This document shows positions 19,356-29,325 of a DNA stretch of 64,000 nt, piece after piece. Made by a program: the position numbers and the translations under genes. The notes beneath the pieces are model-generated. The model ran no database searches. It was not told where the DNA came from and saw nothing but the letters and a program-made list of their open reading frames with translations. The stretch spans positions 259,388 through 323,387 of IMG/VR virus record IMGVR_UViG_3300044557_000292, one strand, 5' to 3'. This DNA comes from a virus (Duplodnaviria; Heunggongvirae; Uroviricota; Caudoviricetes). How positions within the stretch are numbered: the first letter of the stretch is position 1; every line of letters starts with the position of its first letter.

Positions 19356-20093
19356 TCATTGGAGGCTTGCCGTGATAGAGTTCAGAGCATTAGCTGCCTT
19401 CAATGCTTCACTCTGATGATCCTTGCCACCAACCGAGGCGTTAATTTGATCTGGCTTGTATCCCTGCATGGACACGAGTCTGTTGATGGCCTCAGAGCTG
19501 GCCTCAATAGACGTTCCCTGCTCACTGTTGATCTTTGACAACGCCCCCTTGGCCGCGCCCTCAAGCGAGTTCAGGGCAGACACCACATTCTTCTTAGCCG
19601 ACGCGACGTCCCCGCCGTATGTCTCTATGGTAACGTACCCAGTTAGAATCTGTTCCGTCTGCGCTCCATATGAAGCCAGGAACGATCCCATTGCCTGGTA
19701 CTCAGCCGGGTGGGCGATCACATAGGAATGGAGAATGGTCACAGCGTCAATGAGCTGTCCAATCTCACCATGGACCTCAGGGTCTTTCACAAATAACTGC
19801 CTATTAGAAAGCATGGATAGGAAACCCTCACCCGCGTCAAGCTTCGATGCGGCATTCTTTTTTCCAGCACTAAGAGCGTTGCCTACCGTTGAGACAGTGC
19901 TGTGGGCTTCACCCTTAGACCGCGCGGGCTCGTACATCTTCGTAAGCATGAACCCAATACCAAGCCCAACACCAAGAGCAAGCGCGGCACTCGGAGCAAG
20001 CGCTAATGGCTGAGCTAGTAGAATGACCGCTCCAACCAGCGTTCCAACTATCCCACCAATGATCTTATTCATCTTGTCAGTAAACCTTCCCAT
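19356..20093 (-). CDS. XpaC-like membrane protein
   Basis: Two TM helices then helical domain (FLASY...ILTGY), directly upstream of telA as in xpaC-yaaN operons. Confidence 0.6.
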   Translation of the reverse strand: MGRFTDKMNKIIGGIVGTLVGAVILLAQPLALAPSAALALGVGLGIGFMLTKMYEPARSKGEAHSTVSTVGNALSAGKKNAASKLDAGEGFLSMLSNRQLFVKDPEVHGEIGQLIDAVTILHSYVIAHPAEYQAMGSFLASYGAQTEQILTGYVTIETYGGDVASAKKNVVSALNSLEGAAKGALSKINSEQGTSIEASSEAINRLVSMQGYKPDQINASVGGKDHQSEALKAANALNSITASLQ

Positions 20094-20138
20094 AAGCTAG
20101 TAAAAGCAATATTTTATCAATAGGTAAGATATTACCTG

Positions 20139-20729
20139 CTACTTGTTCTGTAACGCGGTGATGAACTCGTCGGTAAACCCGTATCTTGACAGATCAGATG
20201 GGTTGACCTCATTGCCATAACGATTCCACCCCATAATGGCTGTTATAGCACGGAATGATTCTGCCGTCTCATCGTACTGGTAATCTCTGATAAGATTCAA
20301 CTTGTCTTTCCTGGTGAACGCCTGAGCATTCCTATTCAAGATGCGCGCTAGTATGATCTTATCAAACCTACCGTTAATCATCATTCGATGGCATGAGAGG
20401 ATTGATAGGGTGATAATGTCATCATTGTCTTCAATGAGAACCTCGTCATTGGGATTATGATTCTCATAAGCTGATCTTTTAATATGAGAGAGGAGTGGCT
20501 TCCATACGTCCTCAACGTCCATTTCCATTCCGGCATGCCTGTTCTCGACTCGATCCTCAATCATACCGGCGACGACCTCTGCCGTACCAGGCATTATCGC
20601 GTCAGAATGATTCCTTATGAGGTCACTAGCAACAATAGTGATATAGGTTGATCTTCCACACGAGTAGTCAATCATACCAATCATGACGTGATTCAGCTCG
20701 TCTATAGTCATGGTGAACTTCTGATCCAT
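20139..20729 (-). CDS. hypothetical protein
   Basis: 196 aa, RBS AGGGAG. Confidence 0.7.
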   Translation of the reverse strand: MDQKFTMTIDELNHVMIGMIDYSCGRSTYITIVASDLIRNHSDAIMPGTAEVVAGMIEDRVENRHAGMEMDVEDVWKPLLSHIKRSAYENHNPNDEVLIEDNDDIITLSILSCHRMMINGRFDKIILARILNRNAQAFTRKDKLNLIRDYQYDETAESFRAITAIMGWNRYGNEVNPSDLSRYGFTDEFITALQNK

Positions 20730-20871
20730 CGAACTCCCTCCTTAATACGACTCATTGCTCTTTCAATTCCATGATAACATGAGATGGCGACAAGTGAACG
20801 TAATCCCGTCCATTTAAAGATCATAATAAAAGGGGCGCGGAGCCCCCTTGTCATGTCACCCCTGATAGGAA

Positions 20872-21126
20872 TCAGGCCAATACAGCAGCCCCGTTATCAA
20901 TTGCCACCGTTGACGAGGAGGTGAGCTCGTCAAGGAGATCAGGGCGATAGCCTGACCAGCTCTTACCCTCAGTCATGACCACTGGCGCAGCTCTGAATCC
21001 CATTGACTTCAACTTGTCAAGATTCTGTAGGGCATTCTCCTCAACATACTCCACGCCAGCATTGTTGAGCCTCCTCTTCGTGGCAGCGCACTGCGGGCAA
21101 TGTTCTTTCGTGTATACCGTAACCAT
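20872..21126 (-). CDS. nrdH: glutaredoxin-like protein NrdH
   Basis: VTVYTKEHCPQC, GFRAAPVV, WSGYRPD; start moved to ATG 21126. Confidence 0.92.
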   Translation of the reverse strand: MVTVYTKEHCPQCAATKRRLNNAGVEYVEENALQNLDKLKSMGFRAAPVVMTEGKSWSGYRPDLLDELTSSSTVAIDNGAAVLA

Positions 21127-21483
21127 TCCTAATTCACTCCTTATCTTAATCTTCCATCTCGTAGATGGCATATTCTACATGCTTCTCGCACTCAGTTCCT
21201 TGAGAACGGGGATGATGAAGATATCATCTACATCCTTATTCCATTTTTGAGGGTAAGTGATATCTAACGTCCCCTCTAATAAAAATCTTCATGTTCTAAT
21301 CGTTGAGATCCCAACAAGACTCTGCGTCTTTCGCAGAATCTCAAGCTTGGCTTGCCACAGGAAACTGTTAACTATCATGATATCAAGATGATGATTCTTC
21401 TTGTGAATAAGATCACAGACCCTCATCCATTCATAACACTTGATGACTATTGCTCGTCTTTCCATGCTCATTAATGGGAAGAT

Positions 21484-23730
21484 TCAGAATTCGCCCCTCT
21501 TAATAGCGTCCATGAACTCGGATGGAGATATGATCTTCACACCAAGCTTCTTCGCCTTCATGATCTTACCGCTCGTGCTATTAGTATCGCCAATCATGTA
21601 GTCAGTATCCTTATTAGGGGAACCCTGTGCTTCCCCTCCCATAGCGTCAACAAAAGACTGCCATTCCTGACGATTCGCATAGCCCTCAGGTACGGTCCCG
21701 CTGATACTGAACTTCTTCCCCCTGATCGCCTTGACCTCAGGCCTGTTCTCATCTATTTTTGATGAGGAGGATGAGGACTCCTCGAATTGTAGCCCGGCCT
21801 TCCTCAGACGGTCTATCGTAGGCCACTGCTCGCCGATACCCGTCTTGATCTTCACGGCAGTCTCATGGCCGATCCCGGGGATACTACTCAGATCATCAAT
21901 GGACGCATTCCTGATCTCATCAATGGACGGGTACTTCTTGATGAGAGCCTTGGCGGTCTGCGGTCCGAGATCATTGATAGACAGCGATGAAAGCACCCTA
22001 TGAAATGGCAGCTCCTTGCTTGCTTCCACGTACTCCATGATGTGCTTTGCCCGCACGTGTCCGAAGAGTCGCGGTGAGCCATCGTCATTCCTCCCCACGG
22101 GGGTGTTCGCAAGATCGTTCTCACTGAGATCATAGAAGTCGGCAATCGTGCTTACCCTGCCGGAATCTTGCAGTGCTTCGATAAGACTACCGCCCATGCC
22201 GTCAAAGTTCAGTGCTCCCTTGCCGGCGGCGGCCTTGAGCACATATGAACCCCTGGACGGACACTTCGGGTTAGGGCAATAATAGAGACGAGATCCACGC
22301 TTGATCTCGAACCCGCAGTACGGGCATACTTTTGGAGGCCTGATCACACTAGCGTTCTTCGGCGTGAAGATGGGCTTCTGCCTGACGGCGGCGGGGATAA
22401 CGTCATGCCTCTTCTCAACCTCTATAACAGAACCTGGAGTGATGTCCATCTCCTCAAGAATGACAGCATTGTGTAGGGTCGCCCGAGAATTGATAGATCC
22501 CCCGAATCTGGTGGGCTCGTAAAGAACAGTGGGCGTAAGCTTCCCAGACTTACCTACAGTCCATTCCACTCCAGTGACCTTGACCTGCGCCTTCTCACCA
22601 GCATACTTCCACGCGAGCTGTGAGAGCGGGTGATGGGAATTCGATCCCATCTTCGCGTCCATGTCCTGCTCGTTCACGGGCTTGATCACGATTCCATCAG
22701 TGGGAATGTCAAGATCATCACGGACGGGGCCGAACATGTTGATCACGTTCATCGTGTCGGCTGTAACCTCGTCCTTACTTCTACCCCTCATCATGACTGA
22801 CAATGATGATGGCATCTGGTGACCGGTCTTACGCCATTCCTCTTCCGTTACGCGGGAGACCTCCGCCACGCCAGCATCGGCAAGATCGTCGGGAGACGTC
22901 TGGCCTATGATCTTGTACATGACGAACTGGAGGGTCGCCTTCTCCCCATTCATCCCCCTGGCGGCCTTCTTCACGATGCCAGCATTCGTATTCCTAGGAT
23001 TCTTGTACTGATCCTCACCGCGCTTGGCCTTCTCAGAGTTCATCTTGTCAAACTCTGATGGACGCAGGAATAACTCCCCCCTGATCTCAACGGTAGCGTC
23101 CGTCAGCCTTCCACCGAGCTGTTTAGGTAGACCCTTCACCTTCACGTCGGGATTGTCAATAAGATACGACATGTCCTCACCATCAGAACCGTTACCACGC
23201 GTGGACATCTTCACGAGCCCACCGTTCTCATATTCCGCAGAACAGGCGATCCCGTCAAGCTTGGCCTGTAACTTGAATCCAGTTGCCCCCTCTGACTCCA
23301 TGTCGCCCAGATACCCTCTCACCTGATCTTCACTGTCAGCCTTACGGAGCGAGAGCATGGGCACGTCATGATGAACCTTGTTCGCATTCTTGTCCTCAGG
23401 GCTCGTACCGCCGGCAACCTTGCCGTCAAGGAGCGCGGTGACCTCGGGGTCATTCAGCTTATAGTCCGCGTCCAATTGTCGAAGATACTTGACTCCCGCA
23501 TCATACTCTTCATCGGTCATGTCAGAATCAGTATCAAGCCCCTGATAGTAATCCTGGGCGGCCCTCGTGAGTCTTGTCATGAGATCATTGGCTATGTTAA
23601 GATCGTCCTCATAACGCTTGGAGAGATCATCCATGGATCCGTGCAGACGATCGCCATACTTGCACGAACTCCTATCCTTGGCCACGCATTTCCTTGGACC
23701 ATTAGGCGTCATATGCCAAACCTCAGTCAT
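21484..23730 (-). CDS. ligA: NAD-dependent DNA ligase
   Basis: PMLSL, KLDG, EIRGE, NPRN, DGIVIK, WTVGKSGKLTP, C4 Zn finger, HhH, BRCT. Confidence 0.95.
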   Translation of the reverse strand: MTEVWHMTPNGPRKCVAKDRSSCKYGDRLHGSMDDLSKRYEDDLNIANDLMTRLTRAAQDYYQGLDTDSDMTDEEYDAGVKYLRQLDADYKLNDPEVTALLDGKVAGGTSPEDKNANKVHHDVPMLSLRKADSEDQVRGYLGDMESEGATGFKLQAKLDGIACSAEYENGGLVKMSTRGNGSDGEDMSYLIDNPDVKVKGLPKQLGGRLTDATVEIRGELFLRPSEFDKMNSEKAKRGEDQYKNPRNTNAGIVKKAARGMNGEKATLQFVMYKIIGQTSPDDLADAGVAEVSRVTEEEWRKTGHQMPSSLSVMMRGRSKDEVTADTMNVINMFGPVRDDLDIPTDGIVIKPVNEQDMDAKMGSNSHHPLSQLAWKYAGEKAQVKVTGVEWTVGKSGKLTPTVLYEPTRFGGSINSRATLHNAVILEEMDITPGSVIEVEKRHDVIPAAVRQKPIFTPKNASVIRPPKVCPYCGFEIKRGSRLYYCPNPKCPSRGSYVLKAAAGKGALNFDGMGGSLIEALQDSGRVSTIADFYDLSENDLANTPVGRNDDGSPRLFGHVRAKHIMEYVEASKELPFHRVLSSLSINDLGPQTAKALIKKYPSIDEIRNASIDDLSSIPGIGHETAVKIKTGIGEQWPTIDRLRKAGLQFEESSSSSSKIDENRPEVKAIRGKKFSISGTVPEGYANRQEWQSFVDAMGGEAQGSPNKDTDYMIGDTNSTSGKIMKAKKLGVKIISPSEFMDAIKRGEF

Positions 23731-23813
23731 GAAGCATCTCCCTCATCTTATATAAGACTATCCCATCCAAGAATCTATCTTACCTATAAGGACCCCTTGG
23801 ATTACGTGAACCG

Positions 23814-24848
23814 CTATAGATCAGATGGAGCGTATCCGGCCTTAGACAACCCGTCCCTCAACGTCTTCAACGCTGCTGACAACTCCCTGTCAGCTGTCTG
23901 CTTGTCAATGTCCAGCTTCCTTCTCACCGAGGCCTTCGTCCTCCTGATCTCACCGTTCTTACCGAGGGGCTTATCCTCAATGTAATTCATGGACACTAAT
24001 TGCCTCTGAATGACGGGGAGGGTCATCATGATCTTGCTGAGTGCTGAGATGACATCATTCCTATCTGCGGTATCCTCTGGCGATGGTGCTGGACGGCTCA
24101 TGACGCTACTCGTGATGCTATCATACCTCATGACATCAGACGCTTGAACCGTGTCATCACCGAACATTGGAGCTTCCATACTGTACGGCTCAGCGTCGAA
24201 TGATCTGATCTTATTATACTCAGCCTCATCAATACCGTGTCGTACGAGGATCTCATGCATGATGTCCGGGGTTATCTTGAGGCCATCCTTCTTGATCTCC
24301 AGGGTCTCCTTCCTGATGTCTCTCATGATTCCAATCTTGCTGCCGGGAAGATTGGCCACCCTGTCCGTCTTATAACCAAGACGCTGGATGTAATGACGAA
24401 CCCACCAGATAGCATACGTTGAGAATTTGAAGCCCTTCTGATCGTCGTAATCATTCAAAGCGCGGGCGAGACCAACCTGACCAGCGTTAATGACATCGTC
24501 CTTATCACCTCGGGAATAGGCTCTATAGAACTTGTTGGCCATCTTGAACACGAGTCTCTTATTAGCCTCAGCAAGACACTGCTTAGCCCGTTCAGACCTA
24601 CGCGCGTTGCGTTTAGAGGGATCCTCCTTGGCTAGTCTGATCATCTTTCCAAGGAACAGCTCTTCATCAAGATCGAAGAACTTGCCATCAGATGACTTCC
24701 TTGAAAGATAAGACAGCTTAACGTCCTCTTCCCCGAACGGCTCTCTATGGAGTCCTTTAGAACTGATTCTATCATGATCTTTATGATCACTAGAAACTAC
24801 AGGGGCACTAGAATTTATCTTCTCTGAAGCGCTGATTGAACTGTTAAT
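23814..24848 (-). CDS. RNA polymerase sigma-70 family factor, probable ATT/ATA start
   Basis: Region 2 NKRLV...AGQVGL...YDDQKGFKFSTYAIWWVR, region 4 HTH; frame open 68 codons upstream of ATG 24644 to ATT behind AAGGAG, including region 1.2-like FFDLDEELFLG. Confidence 0.85.
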   Translation of the reverse strand: MNSSISASEKINSSAPVVSSDHKDHDRISSKGLHREPFGEEDVKLSYLSRKSSDGKFFDLDEELFLGKMIRLAKEDPSKRNARRSERAKQCLAEANKRLVFKMANKFYRAYSRGDKDDVINAGQVGLARALNDYDDQKGFKFSTYAIWWVRHYIQRLGYKTDRVANLPGSKIGIMRDIRKETLEIKKDGLKITPDIMHEILVRHGIDEAEYNKIRSFDAEPYSMEAPMFGDDTVQASDVMRYDSITSSVMSRPAPSPEDTADRNDVISALSKIMMTLPVIQRQLVSMNYIEDKPLGKNGEIRRTKASVRRKLDIDKQTADRELSAALKTLRDGLSKAGYAPSDL

Positions 24849-25160
24849 TATTCCCTCTCCTTATGTAGATGCCTTACAGCATATGTCTTCCCATCAAGCC
24901 CACTCTCACAGTGAACACTGGGATAAGATATCTCCGCGTTGCTTTCCATCAACGCGGGTAATAATCATATAACGCTTTTACAGGCTTGTTAACCGTACTT
25001 CTTTATAGGGGCGTCTAATCGTTGGAATAGCAACGTTCTTATGATAATAAGGATGAATAAGAAATGGACCGGGTCTATCGCCCCGGTCCATTAAAAGCAA
25101 TGAAGAACAATGCTGATTCTATGGTGAAGAATCGTCACGCGATTGCTGTAAGGATTGCCG

Positions 25161-25868
25161 TCAGATCGTTCTTCCATGCAGGCTAGCATACCCCGCTGTA
25201 GCGAAATCCTTCTTCCTCTTTTCCGATAGAAGATTGTCATCCTCACTATCATTTGACCAATTAGATCGCACGTTGGATATGGCCGCATTCTCATCTTTCC
25301 CATCAGCGACCATAATGGTCACCGGTGCGTCTCCATCAAGGAATCTTGAGGTGATTCCATTTGCCGTCATCCATACGTCAGAGTCAAGATCAGAGTCCTT
25401 ATCCGGGTTCATGCCCGTGAACCTGTCACCCTCAACCCTTATCTTCACTCCATCATGGACGAGGTCTCCCACATCTTCCCTCACGCTCTTGGCGGCTTCG
25501 ATCTTCGGAATCACTCCACTCTCCTGGGCGTCACCTAAGATCTTTTTGGCAAGCTTGCGGTCACCGTGGAACCATGAGTCAATCACGCTCACATTCTCAT
25601 CATCTGGCGCGTACTCGATCTTGATGCCACGATCCTCAAGATAATCCCTAATCGCCCCGTTGATTGATTTCACGTCACGATCATAATTCACAATCTTAGT
25701 GAGATCTGGTTGCATCTGGTGAAGAGTGATATACCTCTGGGCTGTTTCAGCGTCCCTCACGTGGGCGAAGTGATGGCATCTACCGGTTCCCGGCTTCTTA
25801 GCGCGGCAGATGCTCGTGTGCATCATGCCATCAGCACCAATCGTCAAGCCCCATCTTCTCGTAGTCAT
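25161..25868 (-). CDS. hypothetical protein with N-terminal C-x-A-K..C..H module
   Basis: Start at ATG 25868 (RBS GGAGG). Confidence 0.75.
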   Translation of the reverse strand: MTTRRWGLTIGADGMMHTSICRAKKPGTGRCHHFAHVRDAETAQRYITLHQMQPDLTKIVNYDRDVKSINGAIRDYLEDRGIKIEYAPDDENVSVIDSWFHGDRKLAKKILGDAQESGVIPKIEAAKSVREDVGDLVHDGVKIRVEGDRFTGMNPDKDSDLDSDVWMTANGITSRFLDGDAPVTIMVADGKDENAAISNVRSNWSNDSEDDNLLSEKRKKDFATAGYASLHGRTI

Positions 25869-25989
25869 AATGTTAATCCTCCATCCCCCCACATTGGAAG
25901 GATATGTAGTTACGCATATAGCGTATTCTTATTATCATCTAACGCATTATGTGAACAGTTGTTGACATTCTTGCAATCACATTTCGTCT

Positions 25990-26853
25990 TCACATGACCA
26001 CAACCCATATTGAGATCAAAATGACGATGATGAAGAATGGTATGAACACGAAATTCTCAATGACTCCTCCGGCCTTGATTGGGAGCAGCCTCACGTGCCA
26101 CCACAGATGCCCCTTGATTGGTATGGGGAAGAGCACCGGCACCCCCTGGGTCGTGAACATGTCGCCTATAATGTGGATCATCCATCCTACACCGAACGCT
26201 AATCCTATCTTAGAGTAATCCGTCGACGTTGGGAGCTGGAAGATAAGCATGCCAATCACTACTGCTGACAATACGGTGGGGATAATGAAGCCGAGAATCC
26301 CGGCATTACTCTTCAATGGCTTTAATATGGGTTTCCCCAATGTGGACAATGCGATGTGAACGCCGATGAACGCTAAGATTATAGCGAACAACAGACCGTT
26401 AACGTGAAAACTACCGGTTATTGGAATGTCGATAGTATTAGAGCAGAGGAACATCCCGAGCAGCCCGAAGAGCACGGCTGATAACGCGGTATGATAAAAC
26501 CCTCTGTGAGCATTCTCAGTGTCTTTATCATACCTTGTGTGCAGCAGCCCTTGGATAATTGGAGCCGTTGTCCGCATGAACCAGCTTATTCCACTACCAA
26601 TAAATCCCAGGGCAGACTTGGCTGACGAGTTAGTATTATCAAGATCTGGCATGAGGGCTCCACCAACAACAACGAGGAAGAGTAGGATGAGATACGGGGT
26701 AGACGCATTGCCAGCAACGCTTGTGATCCACTGCTCTTTGAACGCTAATACGACAGAAAGCAATGCTATCGCGCTGAGAGCATGGGTCATTCCCATGAAT
26801 CCATCTTCACTGCGGAGGGTCTTATCGATCTCGCTTATGATTCTTTCACGCAT
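25990..26853 (-). CDS. YdjM-like membrane metal-dependent hydrolase
   Basis: THAL, LMPDLD, HRGFYH, HIIGDMFTTQGVP, multiple TM. Confidence 0.85.
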   Translation of the reverse strand: MRERIISEIDKTLRSEDGFMGMTHALSAIALLSVVLAFKEQWITSVAGNASTPYLILLFLVVVGGALMPDLDNTNSSAKSALGFIGSGISWFMRTTAPIIQGLLHTRYDKDTENAHRGFYHTALSAVLFGLLGMFLCSNTIDIPITGSFHVNGLLFAIILAFIGVHIALSTLGKPILKPLKSNAGILGFIIPTVLSAVVIGMLIFQLPTSTDYSKIGLAFGVGWMIHIIGDMFTTQGVPVLFPIPIKGHLWWHVRLLPIKAGGVIENFVFIPFFIIVILISIWVVVM

Positions 26854-26908
26854 GAGAATAGGATATCATTAGACGAATGAGATCTAGCTTGTCTTACGAT
26901 TACCTTGG

Positions 26909-29305
26909 CTACATGGACAATCGTGTGAACTTCCTCATTGGCGCGGGTCTCTTCATTCTTGGAGTTGGACTGGGTAGATTCTCCATCTTCCCCTTGTTCA
27001 CGAGGAATGCGTCAACCCCTATCTGCGTGATAGAGTCAGTTGGAAGCATTGGGTGAACTGGAAGGCCAGCGCCTCCCTTACCGTGGACCGTGACCTCCTC
27101 GAGTGGAGTGACCTTGACCGTGACTGTTGAGGTGGTCACGAGGTTCTCCGCGTCAGGCCGAGCGATAATAGCCATCACGACCTCGTCACCCTTCGTGTTC
27201 ATGCCTGCAACAGTTTGCGCGCCAGCCCCGCATGGTCTTAGGGAGTCTAACGGGAATCTTAATACCCGTCCACGCCTGGTGGCCATGATGACGGTAGATC
27301 CCTTCACGGCCTTGGTAGAGTCTAGGACAGATACGATAGAGTCCCCATCATCAAGGTTAACGACCGGCTTCACGTCCCATTTCCCATCAACTGGTAGCTT
27401 CACGTTACGCACGCGACCATTCCGTGTGACCACCAGGACGGTTCTGTCTCCATCCCCGACAACACCCCTATACGCTACCTTATCGGGCAGGATTCCAATC
27501 TTTGATGGGTCAATCTTCTTGTCATCTTCAAGAGACATGGCTGTTGTTGCGTAAGCATTCCCATCAGATCCTATCAACGCTATGGACGCATTGCCGGTAA
27601 TCTTCGCCTCACTGACGATTGGGTCAATCTTACCCTTCACCTCTGATGAAGCTGGAATCCTAGTCAGGGTCTTCACAAGCTTCCCTTCAGCATTCTGGTA
27701 CAGCCAAGTCTTCGCCCCGTTGCCGGCCGCTCGAATCTTCTTAGCCTCGGCCTTCTGCTGATTCTTGAACTGCTCCTCGGTGATACCGTTAATCTCAGTG
27801 TGCCGGTCATCACCAATTACCTTCAGGGTCTCCCTGAACTCGCTGATGAGGGCGTTATTAAGCTTCCCCTCGTCATTGAGGATTGACTCCGTATTACTGA
27901 CAGACTCCTTAAGCTCTTTGTCCTCATTCTTGAGGGCAACGGAGTCCATTCTTGTGAGCCTACGGAGCTGTAGGGAGAGCACGTAGTCAGCCTGATCCTT
28001 GTCAATCTTGAACTTCTTCTCAAGCTTGGTTCGGGCTGAATCAGCATCATTAGAACCGCGAATGATCTTAATGGCCGCGTCAATGTCAAGGAGGACTTTG
28101 AGGAGACCGTCAATGAGGTGCAGGCGATCCCTCATCTTCTTGAGATCAAACGTCATAGAGTTCTTTAGGCACTGCTTCCTGAACTCGATGAAGTCAAGGA
28201 GGATATCCCTCATTGATGATTGGACCGGCCTGTTCTTCACGATGGTGGTCATGTTAACGGAGAATCTTGTTTGGAGTGGGGTGAGCTGGAAGAGATCCTC
28301 TATGACCTTCTTCTTCTGCGCGCCCGACTTCAAGATGACCACAACTCTTACGGGGTGGTTAAGATCTGAAAGATCCTTATAATCTGACACGTCATTAAGA
28401 TTGCCCTTCTCCATCTGCTTCTGAATAGCCTCAAGGATCTTCTCCGGGTACGTCCCGAATGGTATCTCGTAGAAATCTAGTCTTGTCATTCCACGGGACA
28501 TTGGCTCTTCATCGTATTGCGCTCTTAGCGTGAAGGTTCCAGATCCAGTCTCTAGGTATTCCTTCACGCCGTCAATACTAGTCACCAGGCCACCCATGTT
28601 GAAGTCTGGGCCCTGAATGATGGTTGAAAGCTTCTCGTGGGGAGCGTTAGGATGCTTCACGAGGTAGATGCAAGCATTCATGATCTCGGTGGGATTATGC
28701 GAGGGAATGTTAGACGCATAGGCTACCGCCATGCCAGATCCACCATTAATCACGCCAACAGGCCATTTCACTGGTATTCTAGTGGGCTCTACGGTCGTGT
28801 CATCATAATTCGGAATCATCTTGACGGCATTCTTGTTGAGATCTTCGACATTAATCCACGCGGCCTTGGTCAAGCGGGCTTCAATGTAACGCCCTGCAGC
28901 TCCAGGCTTGCCGGGGGCGCCGAAGTCTCCCTTGCCATCAATGAGCGGAACTCTGAACACGTGATCTCTCGCCATGTTCTTTAACGCTTCCGAGACAGAG
29001 GAGTCACCGTGAGGGTGGAATTGGAGTACGGCACCAGCCAGGGTGGCGACCTTCATCCTGTTGCCAGATGGGCCAAGATTCCTCTTGAACATGGTGTAAA
29101 GGATTCTACGCTGGACGGGCTTGAGTCCAGACACGTCTACCAGTGCACGATCCAGGTTATACGACCAAGCGTAAGGTATGAAGTTCGTCTTCAGCCATTC
29201 AGAGACGCTCATCTCGTTAATGCTTGCAGCAACCTTGACGAACCTCTTCCTTGACTCCTCAGTAAGTTCAGAATTGCTCTTAGAGTTCTTTCTCCTGCGT
29301 ACCAT
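26909..29305 (-). CDS. type IIA topoisomerase subunit A (GyrA/ParC-like)
   Basis: GLKPVQRRILY, HPHGD, AAGRY catalytic Tyr, short pinwheel CTD. Confidence 0.93.
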   Translation of the reverse strand: MVRRRKNSKSNSELTEESRKRFVKVAASINEMSVSEWLKTNFIPYAWSYNLDRALVDVSGLKPVQRRILYTMFKRNLGPSGNRMKVATLAGAVLQFHPHGDSSVSEALKNMARDHVFRVPLIDGKGDFGAPGKPGAAGRYIEARLTKAAWINVEDLNKNAVKMIPNYDDTTVEPTRIPVKWPVGVINGGSGMAVAYASNIPSHNPTEIMNACIYLVKHPNAPHEKLSTIIQGPDFNMGGLVTSIDGVKEYLETGSGTFTLRAQYDEEPMSRGMTRLDFYEIPFGTYPEKILEAIQKQMEKGNLNDVSDYKDLSDLNHPVRVVVILKSGAQKKKVIEDLFQLTPLQTRFSVNMTTIVKNRPVQSSMRDILLDFIEFRKQCLKNSMTFDLKKMRDRLHLIDGLLKVLLDIDAAIKIIRGSNDADSARTKLEKKFKIDKDQADYVLSLQLRRLTRMDSVALKNEDKELKESVSNTESILNDEGKLNNALISEFRETLKVIGDDRHTEINGITEEQFKNQQKAEAKKIRAAGNGAKTWLYQNAEGKLVKTLTRIPASSEVKGKIDPIVSEAKITGNASIALIGSDGNAYATTAMSLEDDKKIDPSKIGILPDKVAYRGVVGDGDRTVLVVTRNGRVRNVKLPVDGKWDVKPVVNLDDGDSIVSVLDSTKAVKGSTVIMATRRGRVLRFPLDSLRPCGAGAQTVAGMNTKGDEVVMAIIARPDAENLVTTSTVTVKVTPLEEVTVHGKGGAGLPVHPMLPTDSITQIGVDAFLVNKGKMENLPSPTPRMKRPAPMRKFTRLSM

Positions 29306-29325
29306 AATGTTTATTATACTCCTTA

